Shown: positions 15,901-30,200 of the stretch, piece after piece
How positions within the stretch are numbered: the first letter of the stretch is position 1
Layout: each line of letters starts with the position of its first letter
Assembly (NCBI RefSeq): GCF_964204645.1
Contig: NC_134029.1
Span: 6,386,001-6,450,000 of the forward strand
From: Tubulanus polymorphus
Lineage: Eukaryota; Animalia; Nemertea
DNA: 64,000 bases
Reading direction: 5' to 3'
Notes under the pieces: generated by a model
What the model was told of the DNA's origin: nothing
Database searches by the model: none
The model's input: only the letters and a program-made list of their open reading frames with translations
Translations under genes and position numbers: made by a program

Positions 15901-18900
15901 GTTGAATTGATGATAATCGAAGTGATGTCTGATAGTTCTATGTATTCTCAACCACATAACGTCTACGATGAAGACAATAGATGATCGACGGTACACTGTT
16001 GCGGTGTCTGATGTTGTTGATTATATTATCTATCCCTCGTTAACGCGGTTGAAACCACAAAATTCATATAACTTTTGTTTCGTGGGATGCCCTGATTCGA
16101 GGTCAATGCTACGAAGAACATATCTCTTAACTCAAAGAGTGTGGCATGACCTCTATGCTAAAGGAGATACTGCATATTTCCACGTAAAAAAACGTAATGG
16201 CCATGTTTTCTTCGAAAAGTGTTATAAGTAATCTATCAATGAGTGGTGGACGCATGAGAAGGGTGGTATAGTGGTGACATAAGCCTGCGGCACTGTCTCG
16301 GCTCGCGTCCAGACGTTAAAAGCCGACGTTGTGGACAGTGTTTGAACATCAATGGCGACATAATCACTTATACTACTCGATCTGCCTTTGAACATCGTTA
16401 GAAGTATCCCGTGAGATCATTGATCAAACCCGTCGTTCCGGAGGTAGTATGTCAATAACAAAAACAAAATCTACGCCAGCTCTTTTCGCAACGTTGAACT
16501 CGGGTGCAACGCGGCTGGCATAATGGACGCACAGGAAATAATCTGGCGTAGCCGTTGATGATTAGTTTTGTCATGGCTTCGTAAAAACTAATACATAAAA
16601 GGGATCCCTCGATGGCTTTAGTTAATGTGGCGATGGTTTCTGAGTCGATGAGAGGAGAGCTTAAATTAAGTCAGATAAAGAATGCTCTTAAAAATTATTA
16701 CTCGATATTACCACAGTATGTCACGTCATGTTTGGAGTGATATGTTATTATTTCCTACAATTTCGTTCCCGAGTACGTTATGATTAGAATTAATTACGGA
16801 ACTACTGGCATTTGAAACGACGAGTGGATTATTTTCGAAGAATCAACTTTTGATTTCATTACTGGCCAATTTGGTTATTTCGTGTTGCGTTTTCAACCTT
16901 TCGGCTGCCCTGCGATCAGTCATGTTGTGTCTATCGAAATGTAATTATTTGAAAATGAACTTGATCCGTAGTATCACGAAGATCAAGAAATTCACTTGTG
17001 GTCGCACGGAAACCGCCTTTGTCGACGAATATCGACTAAATCTTTTCAATAACAGCATTTCTATCTCGAAATCAAATATCAATAGTGAAAGCCGTGCGAG
17101 ACTCTGAAATGATGGATTGATTAGATTTGGTAATATCTAGGTTTGTGAGGTCAAACTAGGTGTGGAATCGTAATCTCCGATATACGTAGAGTATTAGACA
17201 GTCTCTTTCTTCCTGTTTGAAATTGATGGTCTATATATTCGTCCAAATAGATGTCCACACGATAGGTAGAAGGTTCGCATCTTTAACTAGGTCAGATGAT
17301 CAGTGCCGAATACGGTTAGGGTTGTCGTGAATGGAGCACATCTTTCCAAAATTACCCTGCCATGCTAGCAACTGGTTTGGGCATCAACAATTTTTATACT
17401 GTTTGGATCTGGTTACCGAAGTTTTAAAAACATTATCGGTCGAAAGCAAGTTAGTTGTAGTGTAATATTGGTTACATTTAGCACAGGTCAAGTAGGAAAA
17501 CTATCAGTCGAGTCAGTGCACCTATGGGTCCATCCATACCATGTACATACATCGGGTGATGGTGTGTGGTTTATTCACGTCGCCATGGTGTATGGCGTAT
17601 CTTTATGGCGTACTCAAGGCGTTACACAGGAAAAGGCCCATTTATCATTTACAGGTAGACATTTCTCCTTCAGCTGGCCAATTTACTCGGCAACATTAGC
17701 ATGTAACCCGCGTTTATTACGCCGCTGCGTCCCTGGCAAAAGGTATGGCAAACCGAATTAATTCCGATGTTATACAAACTCGCTCACAAACGCCGTTATT
17801 TTTGTTTTCAAATCGATCGCGCCAATCTTTAAACTGGTCATTTTACACATTAACGCGTTCACGTCGACTTTATACAATCTTTAACCTGATCGTGGACATG
17901 ATAAGAAGACTCGCAATTCTTCATCCGCGCATCGGAGCGAGGTGGGTCCTTATGTAGTCTAACTGCTGTCATTGGGGAAAATGAATTGTAAGCCAATGAC
18001 GTTACCTATACTTATTTCTCTAACCCCGTATCCTTCCATTTTTGAATGGGCATTTTATAGAGATGAACCTAACTCCTTCAACGAGGTGAAAAGCATGTTT
18101 TGTCGTGTGTGATAGAACCTTCCATTCAGTTCATACACGCAAATGTATCAATAACTCACAATCGACGAGATAAGATAGACTCAATAAAGTCGTTAATTCA
18201 GATGAATTAGCATAACAGTTGTTCAATATTCATTTGTCACGCCAGTTGTCGGTTCTCCGCCTGGCTCATAGTGAGTTGGACTCCTTTTCCAAAATGTAGA
18301 TATTTTCTTTTACCATTCATCTTTATTCAAAAAAACAAAAGTGAACACAATTATATAATTAACCTAACAAAGCGCCTAAGTGGCATTGTATGCAAGGGCG
18401 AATATAAATTAGATAAAACTATAGCCAAAAAACTATGATCAACGGTTTACAACGTATACCGCAATATGGAAACTGAAGATTTTGTCAGTGTGGTTGGTTT
18501 CTTCGTTCCTGTTTGGGCTCAAATACATTTAGGACACGTCATGATGAAAACTGCGTTGTGCTATGGACACCAAGGGTTCATAATAGTTTATAATTTATAA
18601 GAATAAAGTTTGAGAAAACGTAGATATCGTACATAGTTTGAAGATTGGGGAGCGAGAGACAATCAGAGAAAGTGATAGTCACATTATACTGCGCTGTTTT
18701 TTTTACAACGGCGTGACTATCTTCGATGAAAAACGTATTATATATGTATATATGTGACAGATAAACATGTACATTAGATACATCTCGCAGTTCATCGGAT
18801 ATGCGGAAACAATCTTGCATTGGATAAGGTTACGTTCCGAGAAAATTAATGTGAAAAGAGCACAAATTAGATATCTCTCGCTTTCTTAGAATCAATTTCA

Positions 18901-21154
18901 CAAATTGTACCGCTCTTCGATTACAGGTGGATATACTTAGAACGTTTGTTTACGGACATACGGTCATTCATACAGACTACTTATAAGTAGAATGTATTTC
19001 TACGAAACGGCAACAATGAAGGGACGTAGTGAGCAGCGATAGTGCAAATCGTATGTGCGCTGCAGTTGCAGGTGTATTACAGTCGTTTCGTTCGCTGAAT
19101 GCCGGTTAGCTAACTGATAGAATAGAACAGCTTCTTCGAAATTTGAAACAAGAAAAACAAAATTATCATAGATAACACACATATATATATTGCTTGATAT
19201 TGTCGACAATGAATGATATGATATAAATAATATGATATTGGGGATCAATACAGTTATTTCGGATTTTCATATCGATAATTGAATTGACCGGCAACCAGTC
19301 TAGCCCCAATAAGCTGATGACGTAGAGCACATCCTCGAAAAAATTACCATTGAAATCTATCAAAAATGAAATACAACTTATGAAATACATTTAATTCCAA
19401 AATAAACGCCAAGCTTCACAATAGTACCTAATTGGGTTTTTTTCTTAAACGCCAATATTGATGACGTAGTGCACATCGACTCACACAGAAACTATTGTAT
19501 AACGGATACTCGGTATCAATGTATATGAGCATTGCTGTAACGGTTTTTACGAGGGAATCAAAAGACATGTGTTATTTTGGTATAGCATATGGTGAGAAAT
19601 GTGACGCCACCTACTATGACTTCGCAGTGCAGGGCAGGATGAAAATGTGCGCTTTTATGCGCTTAGACGAATAAACTGATTCTCGACGCATTTCCACACT
19701 TCGTGACTCTTCATATGCTAATTAATAAGCAGTGAGCACCTGATTAATAAACTTATTCCGTGTTTGTTAAAATGCGCTACCGAAAAAGTCCAGAGGCGCA
19801 ACGTAATCCCGCATACTTTCAGAGAGTCAACATTCAATGCATCGACACGCGAGGCTTGTCTCAGTCGAATAGTGATAAACCACGGAGTTGACGATAAGCC
19901 TCAGTTCATATCTCGTTTCGACCGAATTTCGTTCGAATATCGACGTTATACGTAGTGAATTCAATTTTGCGCACGTGTCTCAAAAAGAAAGTCGTTGGCA
20001 AATGCTTCCAATGCGTTGTTATTCAGGTTTGGTTGATCAGAAAACTCTATTAGCACTACTAATGAATACCTTCGGTCAGTAATGGAATATACGTGGTCAG
20101 TCTGGTCACATATTCATATACGCTAAATTGTCTTGCTAATTAAGGCTGTTCCCGAGCATACTTATCTCGTTAGTCGGAGGCAAGTTGAGATTCTATCAGT
20201 GTTCGGTAAACGGATGTCACCAGTTCACTCATCTCAGCGCTGAAATGGCGCGATATACATCCAAACATACTTAATATGATTCAAGTTTCGTCCATCTCGG
20301 ACTAAATTCTATTTTACCCAATAACAACAAGATCGCATTGATTCGAAATGTATGAATTCGCGCCGCTCGCATTCTCATTTTGATTGGACGCGCGCAAGAA
20401 ACAGGCGTCGAATAACGCCGCCGAGTGGCTCCTTTCTGTACTAATCTCTAAGCCGCCTCTTCGTCATTCCATTTTTATGAATGAATTATTCGGAAGAGAC
20501 AGACACAGTGGAAATATAGATAAAGTGTCACAATCAATCAAGGTAAGCTCTATATACATAACAAAATTTGGACTTTGCCGTGTATCGGATTTTCTAAGTT
20601 TGGTACCTGCAGCAATCATAAATGCGTATTTCGACTATGAAGATGATTGATTATATATTTTCAAAACAACTAACGAACGTATATTTTCCATAAACCAGAA
20701 AGTCGAGCAGTAAAATATAGAAAATTAAAATTCAAGTAAAAGAATCATGAATAATGTTTCTGCTACTATTAATCCCGTTCAACGGTTTATTCATTTGGGG
20801 CAACAAGGTCAGGGAACATTTTTAAAGAATGATTTGCCCATCTGTCATTTTCAACGCAAAAATTACGTGACTCGTGCGGACTGTCAAAACCCACAAGTGA
20901 AGCCGTATTGTCGAATCCACAATGATTCAAAAATCAAAAACGGTTCTATTATCATCAGCGATAAATCAATTTTGTCTGACGTCTCAAATTCTAACAGCTG
21001 TCATTTTTTCGATGTGAAATGCAGCTTTCGAAGCGCCGGTTTTTGATTATGTATTATCATTCCAAATCGAAAATAATTCTACCTGTCAAAACTACTCCAC
21101 TGTGACGTCACGCCCGGGTTTACATATCAGTCGGTTTTTGCATTGACCAGTTCA

Positions 21155-21516
21155 ATAGTTGCGGATCCAGGGGGACTTTGAGCCTTGTAAAAGTCCATCA
21201 AATTTCATGGAGTTCCCGTTTTCACTTTGTCAACAAACATATACTGGTGTATTGTACAGTGTCGGAGTGCGCCTGATATTGCCTTTTTGGACATCAAAGT
21301 GCCCTTTTGGAACTTGATATATTTTTCTTCGAAATTAGCCCCTCAGTGCGGGAGTACGCCTTATATTGACATCAAAGTGCTCTTTAAGGATGTGATAAGG
21401 TCTTCAAAATTAGCCCCTCAGTGCGGGAGTACACCTTATATTGCCTTTTAGGACATCAAAGTGTCCTTTTGAGATGTGTCAAGTCCTTCAGAATTGGCCT
21501 CTGGATCCGCCCCTAT
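21155..21516. mobile_element. MITE-like element with internal ~78-bp tandem repeats
   Basis: TIRs atagttgcggatccag / ctggatccgcccctat (14/16). The interior repeats aaattagcccctcagtgcgggagtac.ccttatattg and gacatcaaagtg. Confidence 0.7.
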
Positions 21517-22821
21517 CGAGTCCATTTACACGACCCCGAATACATAATTTCATTCTTTAGATCAAATGTCTATCTCGTGAACTCAGTACATCATTCGCAT
21601 GGAAAAATCAACGATTCTTCTTCTTCGATCAATCACCGCAGCGCGATCTTTACTTTCAGAATAATGGACGATTTCAATCAATCGACTGAGATCACGGGTT
21701 CGCATTGATTTATTATCGATCGTAAAAGGAGTCGTTTGAAAAATGATTTCCTGCCTTCGAGTTGTAAATCTTCGTCAATTCGGTTTATACTAGCCGGCAT
21801 CAAAATTACCATTCATCGGAAAATTAGCGGTTTCGAGCAGATCGCGAAACGAAACGGCAATAACCGTTATTTCTCGTTTGACGAAGCGTCGACACTTCTC
21901 GACTCCTCGGGCGTAATTCGAATCGACGACTTTGCTACATGCGAAATTATGATTCAATTTGTAAAGAGACAAGTTTTTTCTTTGAATATCCGTGCGAAAT
22001 CTGCCCGTCTGACAAGAAACGTCACTGCACATGATAACGTGTTGTTCGCATAATTTAGTTCATTTTTCGTTCTAAAAATTCACTAACGTCTCATCGTACG
22101 CACGCTTCAAATAAACATTTCTTTTTGAGGAGACTGCATTCGATCGTCTGGCGTAATTATCGAGCACAATTAGCCTCGTAAATCGGGAATTACCATCCGA
22201 AAAACTGCCGCTAATTGTCGCAATTTTTCCAGAGCCTAGTAATGATTAATAATGATTCTTCATCTTGATTTCTTCGGGGGCAATAAAGGCGCAAAACTTA
22301 CTTCGAAAAAACTCACTTCGCTAATCCAATTGTTCGAGCCGCCAAATCGTCCTCGTCAACGTCCGTAGCGATTATTGCATTAGCAGTTACACCACGTCCC
22401 CCAACGCGTGGGTTGGCGCTATGAGACTCGGCGTCATACGGAATCACACCGTTCCTAATTCGCCAATTACCGGTAAGAATTGCCTAACGGCTTATTTACA
22501 GTGGACAGATAGATGTTACCGATGGCGAAATCGTATAAAACGCTAACGATAATGCTCAACGTCGACAGAGGACATTTTCAGCCAAAACCATTTATCAATC
22601 AACTGTACACATCACGAGTATTTATACAGAGAAATCCAATATGTTTCCAATGATCTACTTAAGACATAACATAGTAATCATAAGCAAAACATCCGGGCCC
22701 GATTTTATGAGCATGATGCTTTAATTACCCTAGAGAACATTTCCATGGTTTCTATTGTTAATACGGTGATTATCACCAAGGTCCAATTTGCTCACCATTG
22801 ATAAATCCGTGTTGTTGCGAT

Positions 22822-22970
22822 AATATAGAGAATCCCACAATAATATCGAAACACAAAGTCCAAAAATGTTTTCTAGAGCTAGTAGTTTATTCAACGTTTC
22901 GACAACATCCCAATAATCATCTTTAGGAATACTTTGTATTTCGTTATCATTGTGGGATTCTCTCTATATT
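22822..22970 (-). mobile_element. Inverted-repeat element enclosing a decayed Penelope-type minimal hammerhead motif
   Basis: Arms 22822-22859 and 22931-22970 are near-perfect reverse complements. The spacer on the minus strand reads tattc-CTAAAGA-tgattattgggatgttgtc-GAAA-cgtt-gaata. Confidence 0.55.
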
Positions 22971-23410
22971 GCCCTATTTGGTATTTCTGACTTGAATATT
23001 CAAGACCATAGGTTTTCCTTGCTGATTTTTACCGTTCAATTCTTAAGCTGATTTGAAAATGAAGTCTAACATCAGTCTTAATAAACTGGTTAACAGCACA
23101 CCCCTCGTTCGAGTTAGTCTGTGATCCACCCATTCCTAGTTCAGGTAATGATTAAATTTTTTCTATCCTATTGATTCTTGTACTTTTACAAACGTGCATA
23201 ATCATTTCAGTGAAAATAAGAACTGGCAATGAATGCGACAGTTATTTGAAGTATTTTGCGCGCACTTATTGGGTAATTCAATTCATCTTGAATCATTGAA
23301 TGCAGACGGCGAGAGACCCGCTTTGGGATAAATAACTCCGCCGTGGTAAAAAAAAACCTACTTGTGCCGGAGGTTATAGGAAAAAATGAGCAAAATGAGG
23401 ATCAATTTAA

Positions 23411-23565
23411 GACATGTTGAAAAATTAGTTCGATATTTTCACATTCGACATGTTGAACAATTAGTTCGATTAATTTTCTTTTTCAACATGTCGAATGATG
23501 TGAAGGTATACTTTCACATTCGACGTGTTGAAAAAAAAATTAGTTCGATATTTTCACATTCGAAA
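23411..23565. repeat. ~36-bp repeat cluster with direct and inverted copies
   Basis: Unit gacatgttgaaaaattagttcgatattttcacattc recurs about 3 times, with an inverted partial copy ttcaacatgtcgaatg between units. Confidence 0.75.
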
Positions 23566-24259
23566 AGCGTTCGATTTATTTCTAGATGATTTTGAATTGC
23601 AGCTGTTAAAATAAATGTAATAAACGCCGAGTCCATCGATATTCAAAAAGGATAACAGTCTGGATGGAATTCATATATAGTGGCGGGGAAAGGTAAAACG
23701 GATTTATACCGGATTAGGTTAACCATTCTATTTGGTAATGATTAAAATCTAAACTCGAACTATAGAATTATCTCCGGAAAGACGCCTTATCCGTGTTTTA
23801 CCAAACGCGATATCCTTTCGGGTCGGTAAGGTTTCGTAGAATATTCTGATTCCATCTATAACGTTGCCTGGAGGCAGTATTTGAAACTTTCTGAAAAAAA
23901 GAAAATCAGGGCTGTGGCTACCACCAGGAAGTAAGACTTACCGTGTTGAGCTTTCAACGGTGGGATTAATTGGAATTAACGTTACTTCAAATGATTGATG
24001 ATAACGTAGGATATAGTAATCTTCGTGCTAATCCGAGGAAATTAGAAAATTCGCAAAAAGGTCGTGATTTTATGTTTGTTCTTAATTTCTTATATCTGCT
24101 AGAATTAATGGAAATATGGCTGTAACGTCACAAAATGTTGTATCGCATAGACCCAGTTCTTCAGATCTCGATTTTGACTCACTTCGTTGATGCAGATATC
24201 ACTTACCTGTATTCCTGCCTGCGACTGACCTTACAATAATTCATTCTGAATCTGATTAC

Positions 24260-27200
24260 CTCAAGGACTCTCTTATGGACAAGAGCCAATTATCATATTC
24301 GTGTTCAAGTGGAAGGTGTTCCGTCACACGTATTAGCGGATGTAAACTAAACCAAAAAATGACGCAGATATTCATACAGGAGAAGTCAATGACATAATAG
24401 AAGAAATGAATATATGTCAGTGTTGTTTTCATTGCGGTAAACACATACATTATTTCTTGAAAGTCTACTGCAACCGAATTCATGAATGCTAAATTAATTC
24501 CCTAACTGTCAGGCCAAATTGGCAAAAAAGAGTTGTGTAATCATTGCGTAACTCGTCGAGTGAACTCGAGTATAGACTTGTCAGTCAATTCTAAACGGAT
24601 GTTATTACTGTACGTAGATTATTATGAATTAGTTATAAGGTGTTTTTTTCAAATCCGGTAGCATCGTGAGCGGCTGGGTTCCAACAAAAGCGTCAACGAC
24701 TGACAGTACGAACCCAATATAAATTGTCGTGTATGCCATTACACCGTGCGCTCTTTAAAGAATATTGATATATTAAACCTTGTTGGGTTTTTCAATTAAG
24801 CATCGATCCAATCCCGGCATGAGGCCCAATATAATAGATACAGACGGAGGGCCGAAATCGAAGGAAAAAAGTCCCAAGAAGACGACGACGATCAATGGAT
24901 TGAAAAGTATTTTGTATGACTAGACTACATGATTATCGTGACTGAACGATCTAGCACTCGAATGTCTAACCAATACAATATTAACCGCTGCTCTCTCCAC
25001 AACACCTGCCACAAAATACGCGGATTCGTTTTACCATTTTCGAGAATTCTCGAGGATTCTCGACAACAGCATTTTTGACAGTAATGTGTTTATATAGGAC
25101 CTATCTACCCATATATACATGTAATTCAATTTCGTGCTTAGCCTGGTTGATTAGTTTTATGTTTATCGTTACATATTGCGTTTCTATCCTATCTAGATCT
25201 GTACTGTTTTCCTCGGTGAAAAAAAATGTGGACGGTTTTACAATTTTGTATCTAAACTAGTTTAAATTTTCGTCCTAATTCATATATCTAAGTGATGTAG
25301 AAAGGTTTTTCTCAAATTGAAATTACAAACGAGGGATGTTAGTTATTTTTTTACTGCTGTTTGATGTTCAAACCTCGCGCAAACATTATTAACGGGAAAC
25401 TGCTCTCAAAAAGATGACGTAAAAGTTTGAGAAAGTCGCTTTGCAGTAATACGGCTTCTGCAATTCCTGGAAAGGTCAAAATGACATAATCGCTAATGCT
25501 ACATTGTTCGTTGTATTTTCAGGGAAGAAAGTGGAATTGAACTCGGTGGCGGTTCATTTCTTATCCACAAAATTTACAGTGATGACGTCACCATTGATCT
25601 GCTCGATTCTGCGTGCGCCGTTCTAGGTAAGGCCATTGAAACGTTGTTGAAATGAATCGTTTCATGTTGTATATAGGGCACCAAAAGTAATAAACCATCT
25701 GCTGTGGAGGTTTTTATGTCCCATTTTTCCCATGTGATCGATGACATCCGATTCATTCAGCGACATTGAAATTGAATCGATGTAACCTGGTTTTTAATTA
25801 GTATCGCAAGACGTGACGGGACTTTAATGTAACCGGGAGACAAATAATCTCATACTGCTAGAGCCATCGATGACCAATTTGAATATTATCGCCCCTTGTT
25901 GCGTTCTTTAATAACAATTTATCATCAATTTTGTCAACCTTATCGCCGGCTATATTTGATGTGCTTGATAACAAGATATCTTAGTCCTCGGCTTGTATTC
26001 CGTAGGATTTCATCTCGCAAGGGAAATTGCTGCGATGCTGACAGTGAAAGAACGATCCGACACTAGCATTCCCCCGGTCTCGGCGCGTTTTTAGAGATGA
26101 AATAATTTGATCAGCGAACTCTCTATTTCATACTGTATTTGTAAACATTAGAAATGCCCCGCAGGCGGATATCGAAGCTATATGTCTAAATACATCGGTT
26201 CTTATCACTGAAATATTGATATCGATTACTTATTTCTGATTATTGGCATGTATAAACACACTCACACAAAACAGTCCTGGTTCTCATACCCTGCGGCGAA
26301 ACGTAGGAGAGCTGATTTTTTTCTAGTATTATAATCGGGTAGTGTCGAACACGAAACGTTACTTAAAGCTGAAAATGAAACCGGTGAAATTAACAGTTTT
26401 GAGAGCAATTGACAGAGAGCAATTGATGTCTGTTTTCGTGGGGGTAACGGGGTTCTGCTCGTCACTTTCCCGATTAAAAAAAAAAACCTGCTCCAAGGCG
26501 AATTGTATTATCATTTCCTCCCGATAAACGCAATCTGCCTGAAAAAGGCATTTATCGAGTATAAATACACGGGCTAGCGCACTGCCGATCGCAGAAAATA
26601 ACCGTGACAATTATGTGCAATCACCAGGCAATGTTAGTGAATTATTCAACAGACAGTCTCACGGCCAGTGATGGTTTAAAAAATCGCATCTTCGCATTCT
26701 CGGCGCCGTCAGAAATTAACCGTCTAGTGAGTAAGCTGTTGTGTGTTACCGTCGTATAAATCAATGCCGTATAACTCTGACTGAGACTTAATTACCATCG
26801 GATTCACTCAAGTGTACAACTGTCGTCCAGGATTTGTGTAAATTTGCGTTCACCTACAAATTGTGTGTTTTATCCCTTTTTGTCGTCGCGCGCCGTTTTA
26901 ATCAAATCTCGAAAATTTGTATTGTGGCGAAGTCGATGTCAATGTCCGAAAATCGTGCTAGCGCTGATGAAAGCGTCTTTTTTATTTCAAAAAGGATTTT
27001 TGGCAACTGCGACAAACGATGCGGGTATATATAGACAATGAACGATCTGAATTTACGAGAACGTGACCTTTAACACCCGCATACAAGTTTCTGGTATCAT
27101 GGTGTGGGCGAAGTTTCGTTGCCATATACGTTTTTTCGAATAAAGAAAAACATAATCGAGTTATTTTCGAACGTTTTTCTCGATATTCATGCAATCTACA

Positions 27201-30200
27201 AATGAATGGCGCTTGGAGATTATATATCATAATTCTTCTTTTTTTTATATTTCCGATGGGTTTACCGGAACCATTTTTATGACGACATTATTAAGCTGAT
27301 TGAATAATGTCGTTTGGTGCAGTAGAAGCACCGTGCGAGGTTCCGTCGTAAAAAAACAATCATCGCTAAAAGCAACGAGATATTTTCATCAATTTGTCTC
27401 GTGAAAATGGTTTGATAATTTCTTTCGACTTAATCATATTTCAGTGGCTGCAAATGGTGGCGCTAGAACGCCTGAATGCAAAGACGAGAAAACACGTCGA
27501 AAATCTTTTCCTTTTCTAAATTTGTTTCGGTGCGCCAAAATGAAAAAATCTAGAACTTTCGTTACCGCGCCCTGGCAAATTCCTATTTTGCTGACTGATT
27601 CGGGCCACAGCGCTAGAGCACCCAAGCGCCAAAACAAAGACTAGATCTCGAATTTCCCTTAAAAATTTATTGAATAGCGTACTTTTTTAGCCATATTGCG
27701 TTTTTACCGAAAAAAAGCTTCGTTTCCTGCTGGCTGATGTATCCTTGGCCAATCCAAATGGAGTTAGTTTCTGACAAAAAAAGTTATTACTTTTATTAAT
27801 AAGAAGCGCCATGTACTGAGTACTGCACTTGGCTACCGTGGTCGGCGATCGAGTTAAGTCGCCGCGGCATGATTCATAAATCTGCTGATCGGGATGTCTG
27901 TGAACTTCTCATTCATCTTTTGATAAGTTTATCTCTGTTCGCCAAGACAACGTGACCTTCATTAGCTTTTGAAATGAAGGTCGACGGCAGCTTGACGGCG
28001 GGAGGACATGACGAGGTGTCACACGCCGAAATAGATCAGTCATTTTAATTCAACACGGAGATCGAGACGTCATTTATCAGTGGTTATCATAAAACACAAA
28101 CTAATCGACTTAAATAGATAAACCGATGATAACGATGCAGTGGCGCAAAAAGCGGTTGATTTTATGCATTTGCGCGTCAATTGTTACTTCATATCGAATC
28201 GTTAGCTACATGACGTCACCAGTCTATTGATAATATGTATGTAAAAGGGTTCGAATTTTTTGACGCCATAAAAACCGTTACAATAACGTTTATATACATT
28301 GATATCTATCTGCGTTATTTAAGTCCTCGTGTGAATCGATGTGCACTACGTCATCGATATTGGCTTTTCAAAATAACTGTGAATTTTGGCGTTCGTTTTG
28401 TAATTGAATATATTTCATAAATCCTATGATAGATTTTTGATAAATTTTGAATATTTATTGAGAGGATGTACACTAGGTCATCGATAAATCGGGCCGGGAC
28501 TGCTTGCCGGTCAATTCAATTTAATCGATCTATGTATCGATCTTTCAAATTTAAGAAAAAGTTAATTGCTCCTTGATATTATAAAATTAAGATCATTTAC
28601 TGTATTATTTATTGTCGACAAAATACGTGTTATTTGTCCAGGTGTCGACATAAAATAGAAATAGGAAAAACTTTTTATTAATCGAAAATGAATTAATGTT
28701 GAGATAATAACTCGACATAAAATCGGGAAACCATTTATCAATCGTAAATGATTTGATGTTGAGATATATTTCGGCATAAAATCAAATTTTTTATTATTCC
28801 TCAAGGAAGGATGTCCCCGGGGCTTACGCTTCCGTGCATTAATGATAAAAACTGATCCTTTCTGAAGAAACAAACGATGCACGTATATTTCGCGCGCACG
28901 AAGCGTGAAGTATTCCCCGAGAAAAAAAATCTAATTAATTTGTGGCAGATCATGTATTTAGTCCTGAAATTGTGCGCTGAATTTCTCGTACGTGGGTGTA
29001 ACCGAGGCCACGTTATGACGTCAATACACATATCTACTTTTGTAAACACCTGGTCGTGACAAACGAGGAGTCAGAATCTGATGAGCTGTACAAATTATGG
29101 CTAAACTATGTGACAAACCGGCGACGATTCTCTGCAATTCAATTCGAACATATTGCAACCACTGTTTGGCAAGTTCTGCCATGATTTGCACACAATCTGG
29201 CAAATTAGAAATCATTGTGAGGAGAAAAAATTGATCACGATCTGGAGCATTAAATAACGCGACGTCTGTTTGAAGAGAGCTGGAAACGCAGTATAAACGT
29301 GTCACGTAATTCTCCCCATGGAGATATCTAAACCACTAATCCACCTGCCTCCCTAACCCCCCGAGAACGCATTAAAAATACTGTAACACCCGACTGTAAC
29401 ATTTTGCCTCTCTAATTAACCAGCAGCCAATAGCAACATATTTTTCCGGGTGGTCGTCGCCGTAGAGAAAATAATTCATTCAGACAATATCCCTTAACAA
29501 TAATAAACCCGACAGTCAGTCAGGCAACGGATATGGACATAATGTTGGTACCGGAAGAACTTTTGGGTACGGACGTTAAAAGTCATGTTGCAACTGTTAA
29601 CGGGTGAATGAGCTCCGAGTTAGAATCCGTGCTCGAACTCGGGTCGAAGTTGACTCGGCACTCGGTTTTCTCGCGCGAATTAACAATCCATAAATTGGTC
29701 GCGTTATAATCAGATGTGCGAACATGGGAAAACACTCGTGATGTTCGAGTTAATGTGTCTCATGTAGGGTTTCTTCAAGACCGAAAAAAGGCATAAAACG
29801 AAATCGACATTTTGCCAATTATCGCCAGTTAAGCTGGCTGAATCCCTTTTGAGCGTAGCGCACAAAACGCTTCATGATTACGTCATAATCTTTATTTACA
29901 ACGACATCGCTAACGGCAGTGAAGCCTCCTCGTTTTATTGTTACCCGAGTTTAGCTGAGGTCGCCTGAATTGTTTAGATAACGAGGACGAACACTGCGCA
30001 AAATCGTCCGTGAAAATCGTCGCCCATCTATATTCGGAGAAGAGAGCGATCAACTTCCAACCAAGTGAACAGTAAAATAGGATCCAATGAGTTGTAACTA
30101 TCTCGGCGAGGATTCTGAATTTCGCGCGATTGATGATCATCAACAAGCTTTGTGCATAGAATCAGCGCATGTTCTGCTTCGATAATTCAGCTTGAACTGA

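Noticed and set aside
21270-23565. Repeat clusters at ~21270-21470 and 23411-23565 as a CRISPR-like array
   Set aside because: Eukaryotic context, the inter-repeat segments are themselves homologous, and there are no cas genes.
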